Shown in pieces: positions 50,399 through 60,708 of a DNA stretch of 64,000 bases; the stretch's first letter is position 1; every line of letters begins with the position of its first letter. The notes beneath the pieces are model-generated. The model was not told the DNA's origin. It saw only the letters and a program-made list of their open reading frames with translations, and made no database searches. The position numbers and the translations under genes were made by a program. The stretch comes from Solirubrobacterales bacterium (GTDB taxonomy: Bacteria > Actinomycetota > Thermoleophilia > Solirubrobacterales > 70-9): the NCBI GenBank assembly GCA_036266075.1, contig DATANV010000015.1, positions 52,686-116,685 of the forward strand. Reading direction: 5' to 3'.

Positions 50399-51424
50399 AT
50401 GGCGGGCGACGGATACAGAGTCGGGGTTCTGGGGGCGACCGGGCTGGTCGGCACGACGATCCTCGAGCTGCTCGACCGCCGCGAATTCCCGGCCGCCGAG
50501 GTGGTGCCCTTCGCCTCGGAGCGCTCCGTTGGCAAGGAGCTGGAGTGGAACGGCTCGCGACTTGCCTGTCGGGCCCTGAGTGAGGACGCGATCCAGGGGC
50601 TTGACCTCGTCCTCTCCTCGGCTGGCGGCACGGTCAGCGCCGAGTGGACGCCGAAGCTGGTCGCTGCCGGCGCGGTCGTCGTCGACAACACCAGCTACTG
50701 GCGGATGCACGACGACGTGCCGCTGGTTGTCGCCGAGGTCAATCCCGACGCCCTCGAGGGGCACAGGGGCATCGTCGCCAACCCCAACTGCTCGACCATG
50801 CAGATGGTCGTCGCGCTGAAACCGCTCTACGACGAGGCCGGCATCGAGCGGCTGGTGATCTCCACCTACCAGGCGGTCTCCGGCACCGGCAAGGCGGCGA
50901 TCGACGAGCTGCTGGCCGAGTCGCGGGCGGCGCTCGACGGCGGTAGCCCAGCCGCCTCGGTCTATCCCCACCAGATCGCCTTCAACGCGCTGCCACAGGC
51001 CGGCAGCTTCGCCGCGGGGGACGACCACACTGACGAGGAGCGCAAGCTGATCAACGAGACCCGCAAGATCCTCGGCGACGAGGAGATCCGGGTCAGCGCG
51101 ACCTGCGTGCGGGTGCCGGTCCTTACCGGCCACTCGGAGGCGGTCAACGTCGAGACCCGCAAGCCACTCTCGCCCGAGCGGGCCCGCGAGATGCTCGCCG
51201 CGGCGCCGGGGGTGACCGTGCTCGACGACCCCGCGGCTGCGAGCTACCCGATGGCGATCGAGGCGGCCGGCAGCGACGAGGTCTTCGTCGGCCGCATCCG
51301 CCGCGACCCCGGCAACGAGCGCGCGCTCGACCTCTGGGTCGTCTCCGACAACCTGCGCAAGGGCGCGGCGACCAACACCGTCCAGCTCGCCGAGCTGCTG
51401 GTCGAGCGCGGCCTGCTGGGTTGA
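50399..51424 (+). CDS. asd: Aspartate-semialdehyde dehydrogenase
   Basis: VGVLGATGLVG, active-site NPNCST, and ask-asd synteny. Confidence 0.93.
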   Translation: MAGDGYRVGVLGATGLVGTTILELLDRREFPAAEVVPFASERSVGKELEWNGSRLACRALSEDAIQGLDLVLSSAGGTVSAEWTPKLVAAGAVVVDNTSYWRMHDDVPLVVAEVNPDALEGHRGIVANPNCSTMQMVVALKPLYDEAGIERLVISTYQAVSGTGKAAIDELLAESRAALDGGSPAASVYPHQIAFNALPQAGSFAAGDDHTDEERKLINETRKILGDEEIRVSATCVRVPVLTGHSEAVNVETRKPLSPERAREMLAAAPGVTVLDDPAAASYPMAIEAAGSDEVFVGRIRRDPGNERALDLWVVSDNLRKGAATNTVQLAELLVERGLLG

Positions 51425-51466
51425 ACGACCCGACGCAGGCGCCGCCCGACCCCATATAAGGGCAGC

Positions 51467-52666
51467 ATGGATATCGGCTTCGGCGACGCGGTCCTGCTCT
51501 TCGGCGGCGTGCTGGCCCTGGTCGCCGCGCTCTCGGGGCTGATGCGGGGAACCGTGCTCTCAGCCTCGGTGCTGTCCGTAGGGCTCGGGATCGGCCTCGC
51601 CGCGGCCGGTGTGGTCGACGTCGAGGCCGGCGACGAATCGATCGTCGAGCTGATCGAGCTGGCGCTGATCCTCACCCTCTTCGCCGACGGGATGTTCGTC
51701 GAGCGCGAGCTGCTGCTGCGTCACTGGAGCCCCGTCGCCCGCTCGCTGGTGATCTCGCTGCCGATCACGATGGGGCTCCTTGGCCTGGCGGCCAAAGTGC
51801 TCTTCCCGAGCCTCAGCTGGGCCGAGGCCTTCTTGGTGGGTGCCGTGCTATCGCCCACCGATCCGGTGGTCACCTCGGCGGTGGTCACCTCGCGTCTCGT
51901 CCCACCGGCGGTCCGCCACACGCTCAACCTCGAGTCCGGCCTCAACGACGGCCTGGCCCTTCCCTTCGTCCTCTTCTTCCTGGTCTTCGCCTCGCCGACC
52001 GGCGACGCCCAGACCGAAGCTGCGAAGCTCGCCGGCGAGGCGCTGGTCGGCGGCGCCATCGGCCTCGCCCTCGGCGGCCTCGGCGGCCGCTTGCACCACC
52101 GCCTTCCCGGCGGTGGCATCACGCCGCGCTACGAGGGGATCTACGCGGTCGGCTTCGCCCTTGCCGCCTTCGGTCTCGCCGACGTCACCTTCGGCAACGG
52201 CCTGATCGCCGCCTTCCTCTGCGGGATCGCGATGGGTGCCACCGAGCGCGAAGTCCCACAGGGATTCATCGAGTTCGCCGAGAACGCCGGCACGATCCTC
52301 CAGGTCGTCACCTTCTTCGTCTTCGGCGGCCTCATCGTCGCAACTGGTTTCGAGCACAGCATCCCGCCGCTGGTGATCTTCGTCGTCTTCGCCCTCGTCG
52401 TCGCCAGGCCGGCCGCGGTCCTGCTGTCGTTCATGCGTACCGGCATCCCGCGCGACGAGAAGCTGTTCATGGCCTGGTTCGGGCCGAAGGGGGTGGCCTC
52501 GATGCTGTTCGCCCTCTTCGTGCTCAAGTCAAACGTCGGCGAACGCGAGCTGGTCTTCGACGTCGCCGCGATCGTCGTGATCGTCTCGATCGTCGCCCAC
52601 GGCCTGACCGACACGCTCGGCACCCGCTGGCTGGCGCGGCGCACCGATCTCGGGTCACACCACTGA
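51467..52666 (+). CDS. Cation/H+ antiporter (Na+/H+ exchanger family, CPA1-like)
   Basis: Polytopic profile with LSPTDPV and ESGLNDG motifs. Confidence 0.82.
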   Translation: MDIGFGDAVLLFGGVLALVAALSGLMRGTVLSASVLSVGLGIGLAAAGVVDVEAGDESIVELIELALILTLFADGMFVERELLLRHWSPVARSLVISLPITMGLLGLAAKVLFPSLSWAEAFLVGAVLSPTDPVVTSAVVTSRLVPPAVRHTLNLESGLNDGLALPFVLFFLVFASPTGDAQTEAAKLAGEALVGGAIGLALGGLGGRLHHRLPGGGITPRYEGIYAVGFALAAFGLADVTFGNGLIAAFLCGIAMGATEREVPQGFIEFAENAGTILQVVTFFVFGGLIVATGFEHSIPPLVIFVVFALVVARPAAVLLSFMRTGIPRDEKLFMAWFGPKGVASMLFALFVLKSNVGERELVFDVAAIVVIVSIVAHGLTDTLGTRWLARRTDLGSHH

Positions 52667-52668
52667 GG

Positions 52669-54051
52669 TCAGGCGGGCGGCGTCGCGCGCTGCGACCCGA
52701 GCAGCGGCCAGGCGAGCGCCGCGCCGAACAGTGCGACCAGGGCAGCGACCAACAGCACCGCGTCGAGGCCGGCGACGATCGCCTCCCTGCCGCTCGGGCC
52801 GCCGGCCAGGTGGTGCGCGAAGATCGCGCCCAGGCCGGCGACGCCCGTAGCGATCCCGAGCTGGCGGAAGGTGTTGTTGATACCCGAGGCGAGGCCGCTG
52901 CGCTCGACCGGCAGGACGCTGACCATCGCCGCCGCCAGGGCGGGGCTGATCGTCCCCACCGCCAGGCCACCGACCAGCAGGCCGGGGAGCAGGGCGGTCC
53001 AATCGGAGCTGCCGTTGGCGGTGCGCATCAACAGCAGCGAGAGGCCGATTAGCACGAGCCCGGCGGTCAGCGGGATGCGCAGCGGCAGGCGGCCGGTGAG
53101 GCGCCCCGAGATCGGCGCGACGACGACCAGGACCAGGGTCAGGGGCAGGATGCGCAGGCCGGCGCCGGTCGCCGAGAGGCCGAGGCCGACCTGCAGGTAG
53201 ATCGCCAGGAAGAGAAGCAACGGGTAGAGGGCGACCGATTGCGCGAAGGCAACCAGCGCGGTGCCGCTGAAGGCCGGGATCCGGAACAAGTGCAGGGGCA
53301 GCATCGGCGCCCGCGAGCGCATCTCGATCGCGATGAAGACGAGCGCCAGCACCGCGCCGCCGGCCAGCGCAGCGACTATCGGGGCGCTGCCCCAGCCATC
53401 CTCGTTGCCGCGAATCAGGCCATAGGTCAGGAGAAAGCAGGCCGCGCCGAAGCTCGCCATGCCGGCGAGGTCGAGCGGCGGCGCTGAGCTGTCCTGCGAC
53501 TCGGGCAGCCTGCGGGCGGTCTGCCAGACGAGCAGCGCGGCGACGGGCAGGTTGACGAAGAAGATCCAGCGCCAGGAGAGCGTGTCGGTCAGCAGGCCGC
53601 CGACCAACGGGCCGATGGCCAGGGAGGCGCCGGTGATCCCGCCCCAGACGCCGAGGGCGAAGCCGCGCTCGGCTCCCCGGAACTCGTCGGCGAGGATCGC
53701 CAGCGAGGAGGCGAACATCGCCGCCGCGCCGACTCCCTGGGCGGCGCGCGAGAGATCGAGGACGAGCGCGGAGGGAGCGACGCCGCAGAGCGCCGAGAAG
53801 GTGGCGAAGGCGACGAGCCCGCCGGCGAAGATTCGCCGGCGACCGACGCGGTCGGCGAGCGATCCCCAGCCGAGTAGCGTCGCCGCCAGGGCCAGCGCGT
53901 AGGCATCGATCACCCACTGCAGCTCACCGAAGCTGGCGCCGAGGTCGGTACGGATCGCCGGCAGGGCTACGTTGACGACGGTTACGTCGAGCAGCAGGAT
54001 CGCCGTCGCCGCCGAGACGACGATCAGCGTCGTCCAGCGGGCCCGGCTCAC
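52669..54051 (-). CDS. MFS transporter, DHA2 (EmrB/QacA, 14-TMS) type
   Basis: LLDVTVVNVALP and GSLADRVGRRR motifs. Length is consistent with 14 TMS. Confidence 0.85.
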   Translation of the reverse strand: MSRARWTTLIVVSAATAILLLDVTVVNVALPAIRTDLGASFGELQWVIDAYALALAATLLGWGSLADRVGRRRIFAGGLVAFATFSALCGVAPSALVLDLSRAAQGVGAAAMFASSLAILADEFRGAERGFALGVWGGITGASLAIGPLVGGLLTDTLSWRWIFFVNLPVAALLVWQTARRLPESQDSSAPPLDLAGMASFGAACFLLTYGLIRGNEDGWGSAPIVAALAGGAVLALVFIAIEMRSRAPMLPLHLFRIPAFSGTALVAFAQSVALYPLLLFLAIYLQVGLGLSATGAGLRILPLTLVLVVVAPISGRLTGRLPLRIPLTAGLVLIGLSLLLMRTANGSSDWTALLPGLLVGGLAVGTISPALAAAMVSVLPVERSGLASGINNTFRQLGIATGVAGLGAIFAHHLAGGPSGREAIVAGLDAVLLVAALVALFGAALAWPLLGSQRATPPA

Positions 54052-54079
54052 CGCTGCCGTCCGCCCCTCTCGGTTTCGC

Positions 54080-54979
54080 TCAGGCCGGGGCGCCGGCGAC
54101 GAGTCGCTCCTCGACCCAGCCGGTCGAGGCGATGTGCTTGCTCATCCCGAGCTGCTTCGGTTCGGCGCCGAGCGCCAGGCCAACCAGCTGCGGCAGGTGC
54201 AGAACCGCGAGGCCCAGCTCGCGATTGACCGCCTTCGCCGCCTCGGGCTGCTGCATGTCGAGGTTCAGGTGGCAGAGCGGGCAGGGGGTGACCAGGCAGT
54301 CGGCCCCGGCGTCGAGGGCGTCGCCGACGTGGGTGCCGGCCTGGCGCAGCGAGGTCTCGCGGTTCATCGTGATCACCGGGAAGCCGCAGCACTTGCGGGC
54401 GCCGTCGTACTCGACGACCTCGCCGCCGAGAACCTCGATCAGCTTCTCCAGGTAGAGGTCGCGCTCCGGGAACTCCTCGTAGCCGAGCCGCTCCTTGGGG
54501 CGCACGATGTAGCAGCCGTAGAAGGGACCGACGCGCAGGCCGGAGAGCGGCCGCACGACCTTTTCGGCCAGCTGGTCGAGCCCGTAGTCCTCGACCAGCA
54601 GCCAGAGGAAGTTTTTGTTGGTGAAGCCGTCCTTGCCCTTCTCGTAGGCGAGGCCCTGGCCGCTCAGCACCTCATTGATGTGGGCGCGGTAGGCCGAGTC
54701 GGCGTCGAGCCGCTGCTGGCACTCCGACTGCGCCCCCTGGCAGGTCGAGCAGATGTTCATCATCGCCAGGCCGGTCTGCTGGGCGAGGGCGAAGGTGCGG
54801 GCGTTGAGCGTATCGGCGAGCTCCTGGTTGTGCTCGGCGATGATCCCGGCGCCGCAGCAGTTGGCGCGGTCGAGTTCGACCAGCTCGATCCCGAGCTTCT
54901 CGGCCACGATCGCCATCGAGCCGTGCAGCTCCGTGGTGAAGCCGCGCGAGACGCAGCCGGGCCAGTAGGCGAGCTTCAT
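54080..54979 (-). CDS. CCG-domain (HdrB-like) subunit of non-classical succinate dehydrogenase (SdhE/SdhC type E)
   Basis: Two Cys-rich CCG motifs (NCCGAG and KCCGFP, each followed by CxxC). ATGA overlap with the sdhB stop. Confidence 0.8.
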   Translation of the reverse strand: MKLAYWPGCVSRGFTTELHGSMAIVAEKLGIELVELDRANCCGAGIIAEHNQELADTLNARTFALAQQTGLAMMNICSTCQGAQSECQQRLDADSAYRAHINEVLSGQGLAYEKGKDGFTNKNFLWLLVEDYGLDQLAEKVVRPLSGLRVGPFYGCYIVRPKERLGYEEFPERDLYLEKLIEVLGGEVVEYDGARKCCGFPVITMNRETSLRQAGTHVGDALDAGADCLVTPCPLCHLNLDMQQPEAAKAVNRELGLAVLHLPQLVGLALGAEPKQLGMSKHIASTGWVEERLVAGAPA

Positions 54980-56121
54980 GACTCCTCGCTTTCCGCGGCG
55001 GCTGCTGCCTCCGCCACCATCGTCTCGTCGCTGGGCTCGTCGGGCTCCGGTTCGACGTCCTCCTCGCCCCGGATGTAGATGTTGAATTCCTCGCGGTGCT
55101 CCTCGGTGTGCTTGTAGATCGCCTTGACCTCGTCCTGGGCGGTGCCGGGCAGCTTCGGGTGGATGCCGGGGATCAGCTTGGAGAGCGACCGTGCCTTGCC
55201 GGTTTTGATCGCCCGCAGCACGGTCGGCAGCGAGACGATCAGCTCTTTGATCCCCTGGGGTTTGAGCTTGCCTTTGAGGCCGGGGGCGTAGGACTCCTGG
55301 ATCAGCAGCGACTCGTCGTTGGTGCCGAATTTCTCGATGATCTTGGTCATCGCGGTCACATGGTTGTGGCCGTTGTTGGGGTCGTCGACTCCCTCCTCGC
55401 CGGCTTTGCGGCGCAGGCGCATGATCTGGTCCATCGGCGCGACCCCCTTCGGGCAGGCGTCGATGCAGCTGAAGCAGTGGGTGCAGTCGTAGATCCCGTG
55501 CGGATCCTCGGCCAGGTCGTGCAGGCGCTCCTTGGTCTCCGCGTCGCGCGGGTCGCCGACGAAGCGGTAGGCCTTGGCCAGCGCGGCGGGGCCGATGAAG
55601 TCGGGGTCGGCCTCCATCGAGAGGCAGGAGGAGACGCAGGCGCCGCACTGGATGCAGGCCATCGACTGGGTGATGTCGATCATCGACTCGGGCTCGACCA
55701 CGTACTCGCGCTCGGGCGCCTCGCCGTGCGGCAGCAGCCATGGGGTGACGCGGCGGATCTTGGTCCAGTGCGTCGACTCCATGTCGGTGATCAGGTCCTT
55801 GATCACGGGCATGTTGCCCATCGGCTCGACGACGATCGGCTCGCCGCCGCCGTTGCGCCGGTTGGCCGCCTCGTGCGCCTCGCCGATCTGCGTCTTGCAG
55901 GCCAGCGTCGAGGAGCCGTTGACCTTCATCCCGCAGGAGCCGCAGATCGCCGCCCGGCAGGAGCAGCGCACCGCGAGCGAGCCGTCGTCGCGGTCCTTGG
56001 CCTGCAGGATCCCGTCGAGCACTGACAGCGAGGGGTCGAGGTCGACCTTGAACTCCTCCCAGTACGGTCCCTCGCCGCTCTCGGGCTGGTAGCGGCGGAC
56101 TTTCAAGGTGTAGGAGGCCAT
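54976..56121 (-). CDS. sdhB: Succinate dehydrogenase/fumarate reductase iron-sulfur subunit with ~130-aa C-terminal extension
   Basis: Clusters [23 protein letters not shown] and [12 protein letters not shown]. Acidic C-terminal tail. Confidence 0.88.
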   Translation of the reverse strand: MASYTLKVRRYQPESGEGPYWEEFKVDLDPSLSVLDGILQAKDRDDGSLAVRCSCRAAICGSCGMKVNGSSTLACKTQIGEAHEAANRRNGGGEPIVVEPMGNMPVIKDLITDMESTHWTKIRRVTPWLLPHGEAPEREYVVEPESMIDITQSMACIQCGACVSSCLSMEADPDFIGPAALAKAYRFVGDPRDAETKERLHDLAEDPHGIYDCTHCFSCIDACPKGVAPMDQIMRLRRKAGEEGVDDPNNGHNHVTAMTKIIEKFGTNDESLLIQESYAPGLKGKLKPQGIKELIVSLPTVLRAIKTGKARSLSKLIPGIHPKLPGTAQDEVKAIYKHTEEHREEFNIYIRGEEDVEPEPDEPSDETMVAEAAAAAESEES

Positions 56122-56125
56122 CGTC

Positions 56126-57838
56126 CTAGTACTTCCTCTCTTCGGGTTCCCACTGGGTGATCGTCACCTCTGAGTATGAGATCTCCGGCCCGTCGGCACC
56201 CAGCTGCAGGTCGATGTGTTTCAGCCACTCCTCGTCGTTGCGCTCGGGGAAGTCGGTCCTGTACTGGGCGCCACGGCTCTCCTTGCGCTCCAGCGCGGCG
56301 AGGCAGGTGCACTCGGCGTTGTCGAGCATGTAGCCCAGCTCGATCGCGCCCAGCAGGTCCTGGTTGAAGATGCTGCCCTTGTCGTCGACGTAGGCCGAGG
56401 CGGCCTCCTCTTTCAGGCGGCGGACGATCTCCAGCGCTTCCTGGATGCCGGCCTCGTCGCGGAAGACGGCGACCTTGGCGTCCATCGTCTCGCCAAGCTC
56501 GAGCTTGATCTCTGAGACGCGGCGGCCCGAGCCCTTCTCGCGGGCTGCGATCGCGTCGATGCCAGCCTGCTCCTCCTCGAGCATCGCACCGCTGGGGCGG
56601 GCGCCCTCGATCCGCTTGGCGCGGGCCGCGGCGTCGATGCCCGAACGGCGGCCGAAGATCAGCGTGTCGAGCAGCGAGTTGGCGCCCAGCCGGTTGCCGC
56701 CGTGGACCGAGACGCAGGCGACCTCGCCGGCGGCGTAGAGGCCGGGGATCTCGGTGCGGCCGTCGACGTCGGTCTTGACGCCACCCATCGTGTAGTGGTT
56801 GCCGGGCTTGATGCGGATCGGTTCCTTGGTGATGTCGACGCCGGCGAAGTCGCGGCCGACGAGGACGATCTCGCGCAGCGCCTCGTGGATTCGCTTCTTC
56901 GGCACCACCGTGATGTCGAGTGCGACGGTGCCGTCGGGGAAGCCGCGGCCCTCGTTGATCTCGGTCTGCTCGGCGCGGGAGACGACGTCGCGCGAGGCGA
57001 GTTCCATCTTGTTTGGCGCGTAGCGCTCCATGAAGCGTTCGCCCTTGGCATTCAGCAGGTGCGCGCCCTCGCCGCGTGCCCCCTCGGTGATCAGGAAGCC
57101 CTTGCCGGCGAGCGTCGTCGGGTGATACTGGATCATCTCCATGTCCATCAGCTTTGCCCCGGCGCGGTAGGCCATCGCGATCCCGTCGCCGGTGCAGATC
57201 AAGGCGTTGGTCGTCGGCTTCCAGGCCTGGCCGTTGCCGCCGCTGGCGAGGATCACCGCCTTGGCGCTGAAGAGCTGCATCGAGCCGTCGGCGATGTTGC
57301 GGGTGACGACCCCGCAGCACTCGCCCTGCTCGTCGAGCGCCAGCGCCGTGCAGAACCACTCCTCGTAGCGGGCGATCTGCTCGCCGTGCTTCATCAGCTG
57401 CTCGTAGAGGACATGCATGATCGCCTGGCCGGTGATGTCGGCGACGTAATAGGTGCGGGCGGCCGAGGCTCCGCCGAAGGCGCGGGTGCCGAGCTTGCCT
57501 TCCTCGTTGCGGTGGAAGGTGACGCCGAGGTGCTCGAGGTGGAGGATCTCCTCCGGTGCCTCGCGGCACATGATCTCGATCGCGTCCTGGTCGCCGAGGT
57601 AATCGGAGCCCTTGACCGTGTCGAAGGCGTGCGACTCCCAGGAGTCGCCCGGGTTCAGCGCCGCATTGATCCCGCCTTGGGCCGCGTTGGAATGCGAGCG
57701 CACGGGGTGGACCTTGCTGAGGATCCCGACCGATACGCCATGCTCGGCGGCCGCCAGAGCCGCCCTCTGGCCGGCTAGGCCGGCGCCGATCACCAGTACG
57801 TCATGCGTGGGCACGGGCGCGCACTCTATAGAGCCCAA
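56126..57838 (-). CDS. sdhA: Succinate dehydrogenase flavoprotein subunit
   Basis: [22 protein letters not shown] (FAD-linking His), and the catalytic region. The start could instead be the GTG at 57814. Confidence 0.92.
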   Translation of the reverse strand: MGSIECAPVPTHDVLVIGAGLAGQRAALAAAEHGVSVGILSKVHPVRSHSNAAQGGINAALNPGDSWESHAFDTVKGSDYLGDQDAIEIMCREAPEEILHLEHLGVTFHRNEEGKLGTRAFGGASAARTYYVADITGQAIMHVLYEQLMKHGEQIARYEEWFCTALALDEQGECCGVVTRNIADGSMQLFSAKAVILASGGNGQAWKPTTNALICTGDGIAMAYRAGAKLMDMEMIQYHPTTLAGKGFLITEGARGEGAHLLNAKGERFMERYAPNKMELASRDVVSRAEQTEINEGRGFPDGTVALDITVVPKKRIHEALREIVLVGRDFAGVDITKEPIRIKPGNHYTMGGVKTDVDGRTEIPGLYAAGEVACVSVHGGNRLGANSLLDTLIFGRRSGIDAAARAKRIEGARPSGAMLEEEQAGIDAIAAREKGSGRRVSEIKLELGETMDAKVAVFRDEAGIQEALEIVRRLKEEAASAYVDDKGSIFNQDLLGAIELGYMLDNAECTCLAALERKESRGAQYRTDFPERNDEEWLKHIDLQLGADGPEISYSEVTITQWEPEERKY

Positions 57839-57861
57839 ATCCGACTTCGCGGTCGGATTTT
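57837..57861. terminator. Hairpin AAATCCGAC-TTCGCG-GTCGGATTT between islet and sdhA (bidirectional terminator-like)
   Basis: 9-bp stem with A/T-rich flanks. Lies downstream of the 57896 stop on the minus strand. Confidence 0.4.
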
Positions 57862-57895
57862 CGACCGGGTTACCGGCCGGTCGAGGCCGCTTCCC

Positions 57896-58192
57896 TCAGA
57901 GCTGGGAAAAGGCGACGTACAGCGAGCCAACCGCGAGGAGCAGCAGGGCCAGAGCCCGCATGAACGCGGTCAGCACGGCAAGCGCCGCGAGCAGCAGCTC
58001 GGCGAGACCCCTCTCGTCGCGGAGGGTGAACAGGAGCTGCACCACCCGATCTCGTGGGCCTACGACCAACATCCGGCAGAGGCGCCGCGCGTTGCGGTCG
58101 AAGGCTTGGCCGGTCGTCAGATAGATCAGCCGGGGGAAGACCCATCTGTCGCGCAGGTCTCGCAGGAACAGTGTTCGCAGGATCACGACCAT
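57896..58192 (-). CDS. Small tail-anchored membrane protein (98 aa), unknown function
   Basis: The ATG at 58192 overlaps the upstream gene's stop by 10 nt. C-terminal TM LAELLLAALAVLTAFMRALALLLLAVGSLYVAF. Lower GC. Confidence 0.5.
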   Translation of the reverse strand: MVVILRTLFLRDLRDRWVFPRLIYLTTGQAFDRNARRLCRMLVVGPRDRVVQLLFTLRDERGLAELLLAALAVLTAFMRALALLLLAVGSLYVAFSQL

Positions 58193-58755
58193 CGGACCGT
58201 TACGCGCCCGTGGGCTTCTGCCGCTCGGAAGCGGTTCTGGCAGATGACGATCGGCTGCGCGAGCTTGATCCGTGCGGCTTGCGCCTCGACTACCGAGCTC
58301 ATCGGGAGTTCGACCACGTCGACGCCGAGGCTTTCCAGTTCTCTCAGCCGTCGGAGCTGGATCGGCACGTCTGCATGCTCGCCACTCAGCTTCCAGCGTT
58401 TGAAGTCGCGCAACAGACGGGGCTGGCCGCCGAAGAAAGCCGGGTCGGAGCGACCATCGGCTATGCGGATCCTGCCGTGAGCGATGGCGGTGCGGGTTCG
58501 ATCTCTCTCGAGGCGAAACGACTCGCTCAATTGACCCAGCTCGCTCGCACACGCCCGCGCCTCCAGCACCTGCGCGAGGGTTGCCTCGAACTCTGTTCGC
58601 GCGTACGTCGCCAAGCAGTAAGCGTCCACCGTCGGCAGCGCGCTGCAGAGGTCCTCGGCTGGACTGTCGTTGACGAGGACGACGGCGATTCGATTGCAAT
58701 CCCGGGCATGTGCGGATGAGGCTCCGGCCTGAACGACCTGCCATCGGTCCCGCAA
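58183..58755 (-). CDS. Hypothetical 190-aa protein, unknown family
   Basis: The only frame here with protein-like composition; the other frames are Arg-rich. Has a C-terminal RAAEAH (Rx4H-like) motif. No confident family assignment. Confidence 0.5.
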   Translation of the reverse strand: MRDRWQVVQAGASSAHARDCNRIAVVLVNDSPAEDLCSALPTVDAYCLATYARTEFEATLAQVLEARACASELGQLSESFRLERDRTRTAIAHGRIRIADGRSDPAFFGGQPRLLRDFKRWKLSGEHADVPIQLRRLRELESLGVDVVELPMSSVVEAQAARIKLAQPIVICQNRFRAAEAHGRVTVRWS

Positions 58756-58981
58756 TCCAATCTCCTCTCCCTAGCCTGATCCTTTTGGTACGTATCTGTT
58801 AGCCGACTGGTCCCTCCCGAGACTCGGGAAGCTATCAGCGCTTTGTCGGCCTGTCAATAAACCTCTAATGACCGTCCAATGGTGGAATTGTGCCTGCCTA
58901 TCGACGTTCTTGTGTTAGAGTTCCGAACTACGTGGTATTTCATATGACGATCATGAAGCAGCTATCGAAGCAACATTTGCT

Positions 58982-59482
58982 ATGAACCACGACGAGGCGC
59001 GCGCAGCTCTGCTGACCGTCGGTCAGCCGCCCGTGGTCGTCTTGCGCGCGCTTCGCTCCGAGCTCAACCTGAGCGACTTCGTCCTCAGCGGGGTCGTCGG
59101 CCGGAGCGCCCAGACCGTGCGCCGCTGGCGTCGCACGGAGGACAGCGTCGACGTGCCCGACATGGCCGCGAACGCGATCGACGACTTACGGACGATCGTC
59201 GCCATGCTCCTGCGAGCGGGCTTCGACGGCCCGATGGTCAAGAGCTTCCTGCTGTCGCGCAACACGGGGCTTGGGCAGGACCGGCCGCTGGATGGGCTGC
59301 GGGCGGGTGTCGGCGCGTTCCGGCGAGTCGAGTACGTCGCCGAATGCTTTGCCATCGGGATCGCTTCCGAGCCGGGCCCGGCTCTCTCCGTGGATGACCG
59401 CGAGGAGCGCGAGCCCGTCACCGCCGCTCGTTCGCAGGTTGCCCCGGACTCGGCTCACCAGCCGGTGGCCGTCCGGCGCTGA
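58982..59482 (+). CDS. Xre-like HTH plus DUF2384 (MbcA/ParS-type antitoxin) domain protein
   Basis: HTH LSGVVGRSAQTVRRWRR. C-terminus FLLSRNTGLGQDRPLDGLRAG...RVEYVAECFAIG matches the DUF2384 pattern (from memory). Confidence 0.65.
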   Translation: MNHDEARAALLTVGQPPVVVLRALRSELNLSDFVLSGVVGRSAQTVRRWRRTEDSVDVPDMAANAIDDLRTIVAMLLRAGFDGPMVKSFLLSRNTGLGQDRPLDGLRAGVGAFRRVEYVAECFAIGIASEPGPALSVDDREEREPVTAARSQVAPDSAHQPVAVRR

Positions 59483-59498
59483 GCCGGGGACGGTCCGG

Positions 59499-60674
59499 CT
59501 ACAACCAGCGTTGGTCGAGCCGCCTGATCGCGGCTTCGGCGAGGCAGATGCCGTCGGCGACCGTGTCGAAGTCGACGTTCTCGGCGAGGTCGTGCCACCA
59601 GTGGTAGTTGGCCGGCTGCTTGAGGTCGGTGCAGCTGGCGATCACGGCCGTCTGGTAGCCGGCCGCCAGCGACTCGAGGCCGTCGGTGCCGTTGCGCAGG
59701 CGCAGGTTGGGATAGAGCCATATGCCCAGCTCCTCCGCCAGGCCGTCGAGCAGAGCTAGCGCCTGCGGCGAGTACTCGCGCATCTTCAGAAAACCCTCGC
59801 CACGCAGGACCAGCAGGTGCGGCGAGCCGATCGACTCCAGGCAGAGAAAGACCGTGCTCTCGCGCGGCAGCCGCGGGAAGTGGCGCTCGCCGAAGGCCTT
59901 GATGCCCTCGCTGAAGGACTCCTCCGAGCCGACCGAGAGGAGGACGACGCGCAGGTCCTCGGGCGGCTCGGCGAGCAGCCGTTCGGCCAGGGCGAGCAGG
60001 GCGACGACGGCGGTGCCGTTGTCGTTGGCGCCGGGGACGACGTCGCGCAGGCCGATCTCGGTCATCGCCGCCGCCGAGCCGGCGCCGAGCAGCACCCCGA
60101 GCCTGGCAAGCACGCGCCGGCCGGTCAGCGCGCCCAGCGCCGCCAGGACCGGCCCGCCGAGCACCGGCGCCATCAGCGGCGGGCTGGTGTCGCTGCGCTC
60201 GATCAACCCCAGCCGGTCGCCGATCTCGGGCAGCCGCGGGTGGAAGACGAGGCCCGAGTGGGCGGCGTCGTGGTGCGCGATGAGGACGACGGTGCGCTCG
60301 GCGTCTGCCGCACCCAGCTCGCAGACAACGTTGTAGGTGGTGCGTCGTGGCAGGGCGCGGCGCAGCAGGCGCTTGCCGGGTGGGAAGTCGGTTGCCATGG
60401 CAGCTGCGGCTGCGGCGGCGATCGCGCCGCCAAGCAGCCGCCGCCCGCGCAAGGCCAGCGTTCCGCCCAGTGCCCCCAGGGCAGCGCCGATGCCGAGCGG
60501 CCACCAGTACGTGCCGTGGGCTGGCTCGGCCTCGATCCGTGCCTCGGCGCCCAGCTCGGCAAAGCGCTCGAGGAGCCACTCGGCCGCGCGCCGCTCTCCC
60601 TCTGAGGCGGAGGGGCGGTCGATCTGCTCGAGCTGCTCGAGCCGGCGGCGCAGAAGACCTTTGTCTACATGCAT
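59499..60674 (-). CDS. M28-family zinc aminopeptidase
   Basis: VVLIAHHDAAH, NDNGTAVVALLALAE and SVGSEESFSEG metal-ligand blocks. Confidence 0.82.
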   Translation of the reverse strand: MHVDKGLLRRRLEQLEQIDRPSASEGERRAAEWLLERFAELGAEARIEAEPAHGTYWWPLGIGAALGALGGTLALRGRRLLGGAIAAAAAAAMATDFPPGKRLLRRALPRRTTYNVVCELGAADAERTVVLIAHHDAAHSGLVFHPRLPEIGDRLGLIERSDTSPPLMAPVLGGPVLAALGALTGRRVLARLGVLLGAGSAAAMTEIGLRDVVPGANDNGTAVVALLALAERLLAEPPEDLRVVLLSVGSEESFSEGIKAFGERHFPRLPRESTVFLCLESIGSPHLLVLRGEGFLKMREYSPQALALLDGLAEELGIWLYPNLRLRNGTDGLESLAAGYQTAVIASCTDLKQPANYHWWHDLAENVDFDTVADGICLAEAAIRRLDQRWL

Positions 60675-60708
60675 CCGCCCGACCCTATCTGCCGCTTACC
60701 ATTCGCTC

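Noticed and set aside
58054-58719. 221-aa plus-strand ORF, and the N-terminal 180 codons of the 282-aa minus ORF (57896-58744), both in the lower-GC islet.
   Set aside because: Their translations are Arg/Gly/Ser-rich and irregular. The 58183-58755 minus frame, and the last 98 codons of the other minus frame, have balanced protein-like composition and form a stop/start-overlapping pair.
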